Assembly (NCBI GenBank): GCA_949286465.1
Contig: CASECI010000029.1
Span: 6,105-70,104 of the forward strand
Direction: 5' to 3'
DNA from: an uncultured Alphaproteobacteria bacterium
Lineage (GTDB): Bacteria > Pseudomonadota > Alphaproteobacteria > CAAHEQ01 > UBA3637
DNA: 64,000 nucleotides
Made by a program: the position numbers and the translations under genes. The notes beneath the pieces are model-generated. The model was not told the DNA's origin, ran no database searches, and saw only the letters and a program-made list of their open reading frames with translations. The first letter of the stretch is position 1; each line of letters begins with the position of its first letter. Below are positions 36,908-45,267 of the stretch, piece after piece.

Positions 36908-39175
36908 ATGGAACAGATAAAGGACCAACAAGAAATTTCAGCGCGCCGTTTATTGAAGCGATTACGTAATGTGATGGTTCAAGAGATATCTGTTCAAGAG
37001 AAGCTAGATAAAATTGTAGAAATTGTTGCAGCAGAATTACATACAGAAGTTTGCTCTTTTTATTTTCTCCAACCTGGAGATATATTAGAATTATTTGCCA
37101 GCTATGGTTTAAAACCAGAGGCCGTTCATGAAACAACACTGCGGATGGGTGAGGGACTGATTGGTGAAATAGCGATACAAAAGAAAGCGCTTTCGTTTAC
37201 AGATGTGTGGCAGCATCCTAGTTTTGTGTATAAACCCGAAACGGGAGAAAAGTTATTTAAATCATTGATGGGGGTTCCTGTTTTAAAGGGAAGTCAGGTT
37301 CTTGGAGTCTTAGCTGTTCAAACAGAAGAAACTCATATTTACGATGAAGATGAGATAGAAATCTTAGAAACAGTAGCTATGGTTTTAGCGCAGATGTTGA
37401 TTTCGGTTGACTTTAAGGCAAAAGATAATCATGCAATGAAGCCTAAGAAAGATATGCAGGCTCGGTTGGAAGGGGTTCGTTTAGCATCAGGGATGGCTGT
37501 AGGGAAAGCCTTTATACATAGTCGAGTAGGTCGTGTTGTAAATGTTGTTTCTTCCAATGAAGGGACAGAGTTAAAACGGTTGACGGTTGCATTAGAAAAG
37601 ATGGATAAAGAATTAGGAGAAATGCTATCTTCTCCTGATATCAGTGATGAGAACGCAGAGATATTTGAAACATATCGGATGTTTACAAAAGATAAGGGGT
37701 GGATACAAAAAATCACAGATTATATTCATACAGGATTAACAGCTGAAGCATCTGTTCAAAAAGTTGCAGACGATATATCAGAACGGATGAGTATGATAGC
37801 AGATCCTTATTTGAAAGAGCGCGTTCATGATTTTCAGGATTTAGCGGACAGATTACAACAGCATTTAGCCGGTCGCAACATATTAGATAAAAATAAGGGA
37901 TTGGATATCAACACTATTTTAGTTGCAAAATCGATGGGGCCAGCGGAACTATTAGACTATGATCGGACAAAAATAAAGGCCTTACTTTTAGAAGAAGGGT
38001 CTCCGACGATGCATGTTGTTATCGTTGCGAAATCATTAGGTATCCCTGTTATTGGAGGATTAAGCGGTATAGCGAGTTTTGTTCAAAAAGGAGATACGAT
38101 AGCTGTTGATGGCGATAACGGGTTTATTTTTGTCAATCCAGCTGATAATGTTTTGACGGAATTTAAAGAGCGAATAAGTTTAATAGATAAATTACGCAAG
38201 AAGTATGAAAAGCTTAAGAATGTCAAATGCCAAACGTTGGATGGTGTTTCTGTCTCACTCAATATCAATGCGGGTCTAGCGATAGATATGTTGACATTAG
38301 GAGATGGTATGGCAGATGGGATAGGATTATATCGGACAGAATTGCCTTTTATGGCGACGGCACAATTGCCAGACATACAAACGCAAACGGAGATTTATAA
38401 AAGAGCTTTATTAAATGCTAACGGAAAGCCAGTTATTTTTAGAACGTTAGATATAGGTTCGGATAAGGTTTTGCCGTATTTACAGCATCGAGTTGAGGAA
38501 AACCCAGCAATGGGTTGGCGTTCTATACGTATTTCTTTAGACCGTCGTTCTATACTAAGGGCGCAATTAAGAGCCTTTATTCGTGCGGTTAATGGGGGCG
38601 ACTTGTACATTATGTTCCCGATGATTGCAGACGTTGATGAATTTATAGAAGCAAAAAAGACTTTACAAATAGAGCTACAACGAGAAAAAGAAAAAGGAGG
38701 CGTTTTACCTAAGTCTATTAAAGTTGGTACAATGTTAGAGGTTCCATCGTTGGCTTTTCAATTAAAAGAGCTTTTACCTTTGGTTGACTTTCTTTCAATA
38801 GGGAGTAATGATTTGTCTCAATTTTTATTTGCGACGGATAGAAGTGATCCGACGATTTGGGAAAGATATGATGTTTTGTCCGCTCCTATGTTAAGGGCAT
38901 TGAAATATGTATCAGATACGTGTAAAGAGTTTAATGTACCTTGCTCTGTATGTGGGGAAATGGCAGGAAAACCGCTAGATGCAATGGCTTTAGTTGCGCT
39001 TGGAATTACGCGCTTATCGATGAATGCTTCCTCTTTGGGTCCTGTGAAGGCTATGGTTTTATCAATGAATGCCTCAGAGGTCCAAGAATATATAATGTCT
39101 ATATTATCCTCTAAATCACACTCACTCAGAGAAAAATTAAGAAGTTATGCAGTAGATCATAATATTATCATATAG
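36908..39175 (+). CDS. ptsP: phosphoenolpyruvate--protein phosphotransferase PtsP (EI-Ntr, GAF-containing)
   Basis: N-terminal GAF region, phosphohistidine region 'GSPTMHVVIVAKSLGIPV' and PEP-utilising TIM barrel 'LYRTELPF...GSNDLSQF'. Confidence 0.92.
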   Translation: MEQIKDQQEISARRLLKRLRNVMVQEISVQEKLDKIVEIVAAELHTEVCSFYFLQPGDILELFASYGLKPEAVHETTLRMGEGLIGEIAIQKKALSFTDVWQHPSFVYKPETGEKLFKSLMGVPVLKGSQVLGVLAVQTEETHIYDEDEIEILETVAMVLAQMLISVDFKAKDNHAMKPKKDMQARLEGVRLASGMAVGKAFIHSRVGRVVNVVSSNEGTELKRLTVALEKMDKELGEMLSSPDISDENAEIFETYRMFTKDKGWIQKITDYIHTGLTAEASVQKVADDISERMSMIADPYLKERVHDFQDLADRLQQHLAGRNILDKNKGLDINTILVAKSMGPAELLDYDRTKIKALLLEEGSPTMHVVIVAKSLGIPVIGGLSGIASFVQKGDTIAVDGDNGFIFVNPADNVLTEFKERISLIDKLRKKYEKLKNVKCQTLDGVSVSLNINAGLAIDMLTLGDGMADGIGLYRTELPFMATAQLPDIQTQTEIYKRALLNANGKPVIFRTLDIGSDKVLPYLQHRVEENPAMGWRSIRISLDRRSILRAQLRAFIRAVNGGDLYIMFPMIADVDEFIEAKKTLQIELQREKEKGGVLPKSIKVGTMLEVPSLAFQLKELLPLVDFLSIGSNDLSQFLFATDRSDPTIWERYDVLSAPMLRALKYVSDTCKEFNVPCSVCGEMAGKPLDAMALVALGITRLSMNASSLGPVKAMVLSMNASEVQEYIMSILSSKSHSLREKLRSYAVDHNIII

Positions 39176-39184
39176 GGAGTAAAT

Positions 39185-40093
39185 ATGAAAAAAGCAATCG
39201 TTTTGGCCGCAGGCAAAGGAACGCGGATGAAGTCAGATTCTTTTAAGGTGATGCACAAAATTGGTGGCTGTCCTATGATTAAAGGGATATTAAACACATT
39301 GGACCAGATGCAATTAGATGAAATAGCTGTTGTCGTTGCAGATAAGATGGATGTCGTTAAAGAATGTGTTTTTCCACATAAGACTTTTATTCAACAGGAA
39401 GCATTAGGGACGGCTCATGCGGTATTATCTGCCGAAAGGATGTTATCTCCTTTTCAAGGGAGTTGCTTCATCTTATTTGGAGATCATCCTCTTTTTACAA
39501 AAGAGACATTAGAAAAAACACAGTCTTTATGCGAAGAGGGGAAAGATGTTGTCGTTATAGGTTTTGAACCTGATGATCCTGCTCGATATGGGCGTTTGAT
39601 TGTAGACGGAGATGGCTTAGAGGCGATTATAGAGTATAAAGATGCTTCAGAGGAGCAACGAAAAATTAAATTATGTAATTCTGGAGTTATGTGTGTCAAT
39701 GGAAAATATTTATTAGAATTATTAAAACAAGTTAAGAATGAAAACGCTTCTGGAGAATATTACTTAACAGATATTGTTGGAATTGCTAAGAGGCAAGGTT
39801 TGAAAACAGGCTATATTTTAGGAGATAAAGAAGAAGTTGCAGGCGTTAATTCACGACAAGAGCTTGCACAAGCAGAAGCAGTTTTTCAAAAGAGAATGCG
39901 TCAGAGATTTCTAGAAGGAGGAGTTACTTTAATAGACCCTTTAACGACATACTTTTCTTTTGATACGCAGATAGAAAATGATGTTGTTATAGAACCTTGT
40001 GTTTTCTTAGGGTTGAGCGTATATATTGAGAAGGGAGCGCATATACCAGCTTTTTCTCGGATAGAGAGAGAACGTGTGAAAGGAAATAAATGA
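39185..40093 (+). CDS. glmU: GlmU-like N-acetylglucosamine-1-phosphate uridylyltransferase, C-terminally short (acetyltransferase LbH domain largely absent)
   Basis: 'AIVLAAGKGTRMKSDSFKVMHKIGGCPMI', 'QEALGTAHAV', 'LFGDHPL' and 'NSGVMC' match the GlmU pyrophosphorylase domain. The ORF stops at 302 aa after only about 50 aa of left-handed beta-helix. Confidence 0.75.
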   Translation: MKKAIVLAAGKGTRMKSDSFKVMHKIGGCPMIKGILNTLDQMQLDEIAVVVADKMDVVKECVFPHKTFIQQEALGTAHAVLSAERMLSPFQGSCFILFGDHPLFTKETLEKTQSLCEEGKDVVVIGFEPDDPARYGRLIVDGDGLEAIIEYKDASEEQRKIKLCNSGVMCVNGKYLLELLKQVKNENASGEYYLTDIVGIAKRQGLKTGYILGDKEEVAGVNSRQELAQAEAVFQKRMRQRFLEGGVTLIDPLTTYFSFDTQIENDVVIEPCVFLGLSVYIEKGAHIPAFSRIERERVKGNK

Positions 40094-40320
40094 AGATAAA
40101 GGCAAGCTATATCATTATTTTCTTTATATTAATGATTATGATTTTTATGATATGGGTTTTTTCTAACAAAGCAATAACGGATCATTGTTCAGATTTGTTG
40201 ATACATTGTGTTCAAAAAGAAGTAAACAAATCTGGATTGGATAAAATTTCCGGTGGTTTTAGCTGTATGTTTGATAATTTGGTTTGTGTTTTTTCTAGGA
40301 TACCAGAGGGGATGAAATGA
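40090..40320 (+). CDS. small Cys-containing membrane protein (hypothetical)
   Basis: 76-codon ORF whose ATG overlaps the glmU-like stop and whose stop overlaps the glk ATG (ATGA at both ends). One TM 'YIIIFFILMIMIFMIWVF'. Confidence 0.35.
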   Translation: MKIKASYIIIFFILMIMIFMIWVFSNKAITDHCSDLLIHCVQKEVNKSGLDKISGGFSCMFDNLVCVFSRIPEGMK

Positions 40321-41264
40321 CAAAAGAACCTTTTTTAATGATTGATATGGGTGGAACAAATATAAGATTTTCAACGTACGCTGGAGAAATGTCTCCAGTT
40401 ATTACATATCAGACACATGAGTATAAGGATTTATATGAGGTTTTAAAGGCTTATGAAGAAGACAGTGGTTTTCCATTGGCTCGACGCATTGTCATGGGAG
40501 TTCCAGGACCTACCATGGAAGATAAATTAGTTTTTTTGAATAATCCGTGGTCTTTTTCAAAGACAGAGTTGATAAGGAAACTTAATTTAACGGAGTTAAA
40601 AGTTGTTAATGATTTTGAACCTCAAGCGATGGCGATACCCTACTTAGAAGAAAAAGATTTATTAAAAATAGGAGAGGGGAGCATTAAAGAATCGTATCCC
40701 AAAGCAGTTTTAGGGCCAGGGACAGGATTAGGTGCGACATATTTAATTTCGATTGGAAAAGGTTGGAGGAGTATAGCAACAGAAGGAGGCCATGTAAGTA
40801 TTCCCATTCAAACGGATGTAGAATTTGAGATTTATTCTTATTTACACAAGAAATATGGTCATATTTCTGCCGAGAAAGTTATATCAGGGAAGGGATTAAG
40901 TTTAATTTATGAAGCATTGAGTGCGATATATGGTGTTTTTAAAGAGGAATTAACACCAGAAGAAATTATGGTTCAAGCGAAAGAAAGAAAGGAAATACCT
41001 TATCAATCAGTTATTCATATGTTTGATTGGTTAGGAGTTGTTGCAGGAAATATGGCGATGATTCTGAGCGCCTTTGGAGGAACTTATATAACAGGAGGTA
41101 TTATTCGTCAACCAGGCGTACTTGATATATTTAAGGAGTCTCATTTTAGGGAGAGATTTGAAGAAAAAGGTCGCCGTTCAGCATTTATGAAACAAATGCC
41201 TACATTTATTGTTACAACACATAATAGAGTATTTGTAGGATTACAACATATGATGGATATTTAA
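40317..41264 (+). CDS. glk: glucokinase
   Basis: 'MIDMGGTNIRFS', 'GPGTGLGATYL', 'EGGHVS' and 'YITGGI'. Confidence 0.9.
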   Translation: MTKEPFLMIDMGGTNIRFSTYAGEMSPVITYQTHEYKDLYEVLKAYEEDSGFPLARRIVMGVPGPTMEDKLVFLNNPWSFSKTELIRKLNLTELKVVNDFEPQAMAIPYLEEKDLLKIGEGSIKESYPKAVLGPGTGLGATYLISIGKGWRSIATEGGHVSIPIQTDVEFEIYSYLHKKYGHISAEKVISGKGLSLIYEALSAIYGVFKEELTPEEIMVQAKERKEIPYQSVIHMFDWLGVVAGNMAMILSAFGGTYITGGIIRQPGVLDIFKESHFRERFEEKGRRSAFMKQMPTFIVTTHNRVFVGLQHMMDI

Positions 41265-41265
41265 A

Positions 41266-41703
41266 ATGGAAAGACATAAGATTCGGTCAATTGTGCTGCT
41301 TTTTTTGATAAAAGATAAAAAGATTTGTTTAGGGAAACGTCAAAATACAGGCTTTATGGATGGTTATTGGGCATTACCAGGAGGGCATGTTGAGGCAGAA
41401 GAGTCCGCCTCTCAAGGGATGATTCGTGAAGCAAAAGAGGAATTAGGAATCGATATCACAAAGCATGATTTAGAATATGCTTTAGCATCATATCGAAATG
41501 CAGGAAAAGAAAAGGGTGAAGCGGTTGATTTCTTTTTTACTTGCGAACATTGGCAAGGAGAAGTTGTTAATGCAGAGCCTGATAAATGCGAGGGATGGCA
41601 TTTTTTTGATTTAAATAATTTACCATCTCCCTTGTCCCCTTCACAAAAGGCAGCTATTGATGCATGGAGAATGGGGAAAAAATATATAGAATTTGGATTT
41701 TAA
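41266..41703 (+). CDS. NUDIX hydrolase
   Basis: Nudix box 'GGHVEAEESASQGMIREAKEELGI'. Confidence 0.9.
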   Translation: MERHKIRSIVLLFLIKDKKICLGKRQNTGFMDGYWALPGGHVEAEESASQGMIREAKEELGIDITKHDLEYALASYRNAGKEKGEAVDFFFTCEHWQGEVVNAEPDKCEGWHFFDLNNLPSPLSPSQKAAIDAWRMGKKYIEFGF

Positions 41704-41735
41704 AATATTTTTTTTCTTTTTTTAAAAAAAAGGAC

Positions 41736-41764
41736 TTGCAATTCAAATTAAAATTTGATAAAAA
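41736..41764 (+). promoter_or_regulatory. sigma70-like promoter of tRNA-Asp
   Basis: TTGCAA, 17 nt, TAAAAT, ending 15 nt before the tRNA 5' end. Confidence 0.55.
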
Positions 41765-41779
41765 TACGGCATTGCCGTT

Positions 41780-41857
41780 GGGGGTGTAGCTCAGTTTGGT
41801 TAGAGCGTCTGCCTGTCACGCAGAAGGTCGAGGGTTCGAGCCCCTTCACTCCCGCCA
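41780..41857 (+). tRNA. tRNA-Asp (anticodon GUC)
   Basis: GGGGGTGTAGCTCAGTTTGGTTAGAGCGTCTGCCTGTCACGCAGAAGGTCGAGGGTTCGAGCCCCTTCACTCCCGCCA. The acceptor stem GGGGGTG/CACTCCC includes one G-U pair. Anticodon loop CT-GTC-AC and an encoded CCA. Confidence 0.93.
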
Positions 41858-41860
41858 TTA

Positions 41861-41892
41861 AAGTACTTGAAAAATCAAGTACTTATTTTTTT
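41861..41892 (+). terminator. rho-independent terminator after tRNA-Asp
   Basis: Hairpin AAGTACTTGA-aaaa-TCAAGTACTT followed by ATTTTTTT. Confidence 0.8.
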
Positions 41893-41976
41893 AGGTACAT
41901 ATAAAAGACTTATTTTACAAAACTTTTCTTTACAAAACAAATGCTACGATTTATCCTTTTAAAAAAAGGAGGGAAT

Positions 41977-42618
41977 ATGAGAAAAGTTTTTTTATTTATT
42001 TTTTTGAGTCTCACTTCTATAGTCTATGCGGAACGATCTCCTGATGAATTAATGAGCTTATCTCAAGAGGATAGTGCTCTTAGTTTTGCTTATTGCTTAG
42101 GTTATTATGATAGCTTAACGAAAGAGACAGATAATTCTGATTTGATTTATTTTTTAGATGGAAAGAGTAAAGAACTAGGTTCTTCTAAACTATTTTCTCA
42201 AATGCCTGTTTTTAGCGAAGGACAACGAGATGGTTCAAGCCAAGATGCCTCTGTTTCAACACAATTATTTTGTACCAGATTAATTCAAGAAACAGTTCAA
42301 TCGCTGGAGGAAAATCAAGAGAAACCAACAGATATCTTAACAAATAAAGATATAAATGAGGAAAGAGATAACTTAAGTTTGTCTTATTGCTTGGGGTATT
42401 ACTCTACTGCTTCAGGAAAAGGCGATTCTTTTTCTGTTCTTTTTGATGATGATTCCCAGAAAAAAGGCTTAGGCACTTTCACGGATAAGACTGATTATCA
42501 AAAGGGTAAAGAAGATGCAAATAAGGAACACAACCCAAATTTGTTAATGCAGTGTATGGACAAGCTCAATTCCTATTTAGATGAAATAGAAGAGGAAAGT
42601 AATTTAAGAGGAGTATGA
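41977..42618 (+). CDS. secreted protein with internal duplication (hypothetical)
   Basis: ATG after AAGGAGGG. Signal peptide 'MRKVFLFIFLSLTSIVYA'. Two related modules ('LSFAYCLGYYDSLTKETDNSD' and 'LSLSYCLGYYSTASGKGDS'). Confidence 0.6.
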   Translation: MRKVFLFIFLSLTSIVYAERSPDELMSLSQEDSALSFAYCLGYYDSLTKETDNSDLIYFLDGKSKELGSSKLFSQMPVFSEGQRDGSSQDASVSTQLFCTRLIQETVQSLEENQEKPTDILTNKDINEERDNLSLSYCLGYYSTASGKGDSFSVLFDDDSQKKGLGTFTDKTDYQKGKEDANKEHNPNLLMQCMDKLNSYLDEIEEESNLRGV

Positions 42619-42622
42619 ATAT

Positions 42623-42659
42623 AAAAAAAAGAGCTTCTTTATTGAAGCTCTTTTTTTTT
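42623..42659. terminator. bidirectional hairpin terminator between convergent genes
   Basis: A-run, then stem AAGAGCTTC-tttatt-GAAGCTCTT, then a T-run. Located between the 42618 (+) stop and the fabI (-) stop. Confidence 0.75.
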
Positions 42660-43485
42660 AGATGTTAAAATTAGCTAATAACTCAGCGATTTTATGAGCA
42701 TTTTTGGGATTAATCATCCCTAATTTATGATAACCGGCATCGACGTGAATAATTTCACTAGTAACCCCTGATGATAAATCACTTAATAAGTATAAGCCAG
42801 TTCCTCCAACATCTTCAATTGTTACATTTCTTTCTAAGGGAGTATTGAGTTCATTCCAGTTTAAAATTTGTTTAAAGTCACCAATACCTGCAGCAGCTAA
42901 AGTCCGAATAGGTCCGGCAGATATAGCGTTAACGCGGATATTTTGTTTCCCTAGATCAAAAGCAATAAAGTGTATAGAAGCCTCTAAGGCTGCTTTAGCA
43001 ACGCCCATAACATTATAATTCGGGATATACTTTTCAGCTCCAAGGTAACTGAGGGTTAAACAAGAACCACCGTTTGGCATTAATTCAGCAGCACGACGAC
43101 AAACGTCAGTAAAAGAATAAGCAGAAATAAGCATGCTCTTTGAAAAGTTTTCAGGAGTTGTATCTACATAACGTCCTTTTAATTCATTTTTATCTGAGAA
43201 AGCAATGGCATGGACGACAAAGTCGATTGTTCCCCATTTATCCTTTAGAGTTTGGAAAACAGAATCCATACTTTGTGGATCCGTAACATCACAAGGCATT
43301 AATAGATTGCTATTAATAGATTCAGCAAGAGGACGAACACGCTTTTCTAAAGCTTCACCCTGATAAGTAAAAGCTAATTGTCCACCTTGATCAGCAACCG
43401 CTTTAGCAATACCCCAAGCGATTGAATGATCATTAGCAACACCCATGATTAAGCCGCGTTTATTTTTCATTAATCCTTCAGTCAT
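42658..43485 (-). CDS. fabI: enoyl-[acyl-carrier-protein] reductase (NADH) FabI
   Basis: 'GLIMGVANDHSIAWGIA', catalytic 'YNVMGVAKAALE' and 'NAISAGPIRTLAA'. Confidence 0.93.
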   Translation of the reverse strand: MTEGLMKNKRGLIMGVANDHSIAWGIAKAVADQGGQLAFTYQGEALEKRVRPLAESINSNLLMPCDVTDPQSMDSVFQTLKDKWGTIDFVVHAIAFSDKNELKGRYVDTTPENFSKSMLISAYSFTDVCRRAAELMPNGGSCLTLSYLGAEKYIPNYNVMGVAKAALEASIHFIAFDLGKQNIRVNAISAGPIRTLAAAGIGDFKQILNWNELNTPLERNVTIEDVGGTGLYLLSDLSSGVTSEIIHVDAGYHKLGMINPKNAHKIAELLANFNI

Positions 43486-43600
43486 TTTAAATCCTTTTAT
43501 CTTAAATTCCTCATACGAGCCAAAGATAACAGAATTCTTTTAAAATGCAATTTCTTTTTTATGACGATTTTGTGACAATGGACGTAATACTAAAAAGAAA

Positions 43601-44128
43601 TTATTTTAATAACTTACTGATTTGATTTTGGATTTTAGGAGAGTCAAATTTTGCTAATCCTTGAATATATCCGACTTCTTTTCCCTCTTTATTGATTAAA
43701 AGGGTGCGAGGGACCTTTTGTCCTCCAAAGGCTTTTAATAGTTTTTCATCTTTATCATAAAATACAGTTATATTTTTTAATCTGCGCGTATGTAAGGCCT
43801 CTTGAATAGCTTTGATATTTGTATCTTCTGCGATAGCAATAATTTGAACATCTGCATTCTTATAGAATGTTTGTAAGTTATCTAAAGTCGGTAATTCAAT
43901 GAGACATAAACGACAATTGGGTTTCCAGAAATTAACAACAAGAACTTTTCCTTGATAAGAAGAAAGAGATTGCTCTTTGTGATCTAGGTCGTAATAAAAA
44001 GCATGAGGGAGCGATTTTGGGGATGCATACATAGTAAATGAAGTAGTGTAAATCTCATTTTGAGCTTTTAAGTTGCCAAAATAAAAAAAACAGATTAATA
44101 CTAAAAAAAGTAAGGTAAGTTTATTCAT
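43601..44128 (-). CDS. TlpA/ResA-family thioredoxin-like thiol:disulfide oxidoreductase
   Basis: Signal peptide, 'VLVVNFWKPNCRLCLIELP' (CxxC) and 'KVPRTLLINKEGK'. Confidence 0.85.
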   Translation of the reverse strand: MNKLTLLFLVLICFFYFGNLKAQNEIYTTSFTMYASPKSLPHAFYYDLDHKEQSLSSYQGKVLVVNFWKPNCRLCLIELPTLDNLQTFYKNADVQIIAIAEDTNIKAIQEALHTRRLKNITVFYDKDEKLLKAFGGQKVPRTLLINKEGKEVGYIQGLAKFDSPKIQNQISKLLK

Positions 44129-44155
44129 AATGTCTAATGATAAAGGAATTCAGCT

Positions 44156-44272
44156 ATGAAGACAAAGTTTTTTTTCATTTTTATTATCTTAATGGTAGTT
44201 CTCGCAGCCTGTGGTCGTCAAAATGCACCAGTTGCACCAGAAGGAAGTGTCTATCCTAGGACTTATTATTAA
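44156..44272 (+). CDS. small lipoprotein (38 aa), absent from ORF track
   Basis: AAGGA lies 8 nt upstream of the ATG. The product is 'MKTKFFFIFIILMVVLAACGRQNAPVAPEGSVYPRTYY' with lipobox 'LAAC'. It resembles the short Cys-Gly lipoproteins (LptM/YifL-like) of proteobacteria. Confidence 0.5.
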   Translation: MKTKFFFIFIILMVVLAACGRQNAPVAPEGSVYPRTYY

Positions 44273-45137
44273 GCTTTGCCCATTTAATAAGGGCCATAGG
44301 GCTCGTTCCATTGTCAGGATAAGAGGAAAAACTAATTTCTATATCTACCTTTAATCGTTGTTCTTTAAAGAGAATTGGTAATTGTGCACAATTACGTAAG
44401 CGGCTTGTAATAATATAAATATTTTGCTTATCTCGTACGTTCTCAAATAAAAAGTAAAAAGAATCTTCAGGTCCTTTGGCCACAGTATCAACGCTACGAA
44501 TACTTGACTTAAACCGAGAAACAAGGGTTTCAATAGCAAAACGCTTTGCCTCATTTCCAAAAGTAGACTCGATTTCTTTTAATCCGAGCACATTAATAAT
44601 AACGACCATTAAATAAGCTTTAACATCGGCCAAGACGCCTCGAGCTTCACGTAGAGCTCTTAAAATAGCTTGATCAACACGATCATTAAATAGGACTAAT
44701 GAAGGTAAATTTGTTTGAACATCTATTGGAGAAATGTTGAGTAATCTCTCTTCTAAAGATTTGCATTTTTTTTCTAGGTTAATAATATTTGTTTGGTCTT
44801 GAGCCTCTATTAAAGAAACTTTTTCATTGTTCATAAAGATAGGGACAATTCTGGCAGCCATATCAACTAAGGAACCTAACTTATTTTTTAAGTGAATGTT
44901 CATGTAATCAACACGTTTGTTGCTTGCAAGAGCTTGCTGAAATTGTTCTTGATCAGATTGAGAAATAAGCTCTAAGATTGGCTTATCAATAGCTTCCTTT
45001 TGTTCTAATCCAAGTATTTTTAGTGCTGCAGGATTTATCTCTACAATGACATCATTTTTTACGACAGCAAAAAAAGTATCAGTAATCCCTAAAAAGTAAT
45101 CCCCCAGATGGGGAGGTAACATATCTTGTTCCATCAT
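44256..45137 (-). CDS. PAS domain protein with degenerate (catalytically dead) GGDEF domain
   Basis: PAS-like 'FFAVVKNDVIVEINPAALKILGLEQKEAIDKPILELI'. The C-terminal GGDEF fold is retained but its signatures are replaced: 'DVQTNLPS' for D.LTGLPNR, 'INVLGLKEIESTFGNEAKR' for DiDhFK.iND.yGH..GD, and 'KGPEDSF' for RxGGDEF. Confidence 0.65.
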   Translation of the reverse strand: MMEQDMLPPHLGDYFLGITDTFFAVVKNDVIVEINPAALKILGLEQKEAIDKPILELISQSDQEQFQQALASNKRVDYMNIHLKNKLGSLVDMAARIVPIFMNNEKVSLIEAQDQTNIINLEKKCKSLEERLLNISPIDVQTNLPSLVLFNDRVDQAILRALREARGVLADVKAYLMVVIINVLGLKEIESTFGNEAKRFAIETLVSRFKSSIRSVDTVAKGPEDSFYFLFENVRDKQNIYIITSRLRNCAQLPILFKEQRLKVDIEISFSSYPDNGTSPMALIKWAKLNNKS

Positions 45138-45267
45138 TTAACACATCCCTATTTTTTGAGGGTATCTAGTTTTTATATCAAAATCAAGGAAAAAATAAGT
45201 TATATAATTATAATTTTAGTTGTCCTTTAAGAGAAATGTGTTAAATTAAAAATGAAAAGGGGGAAAT

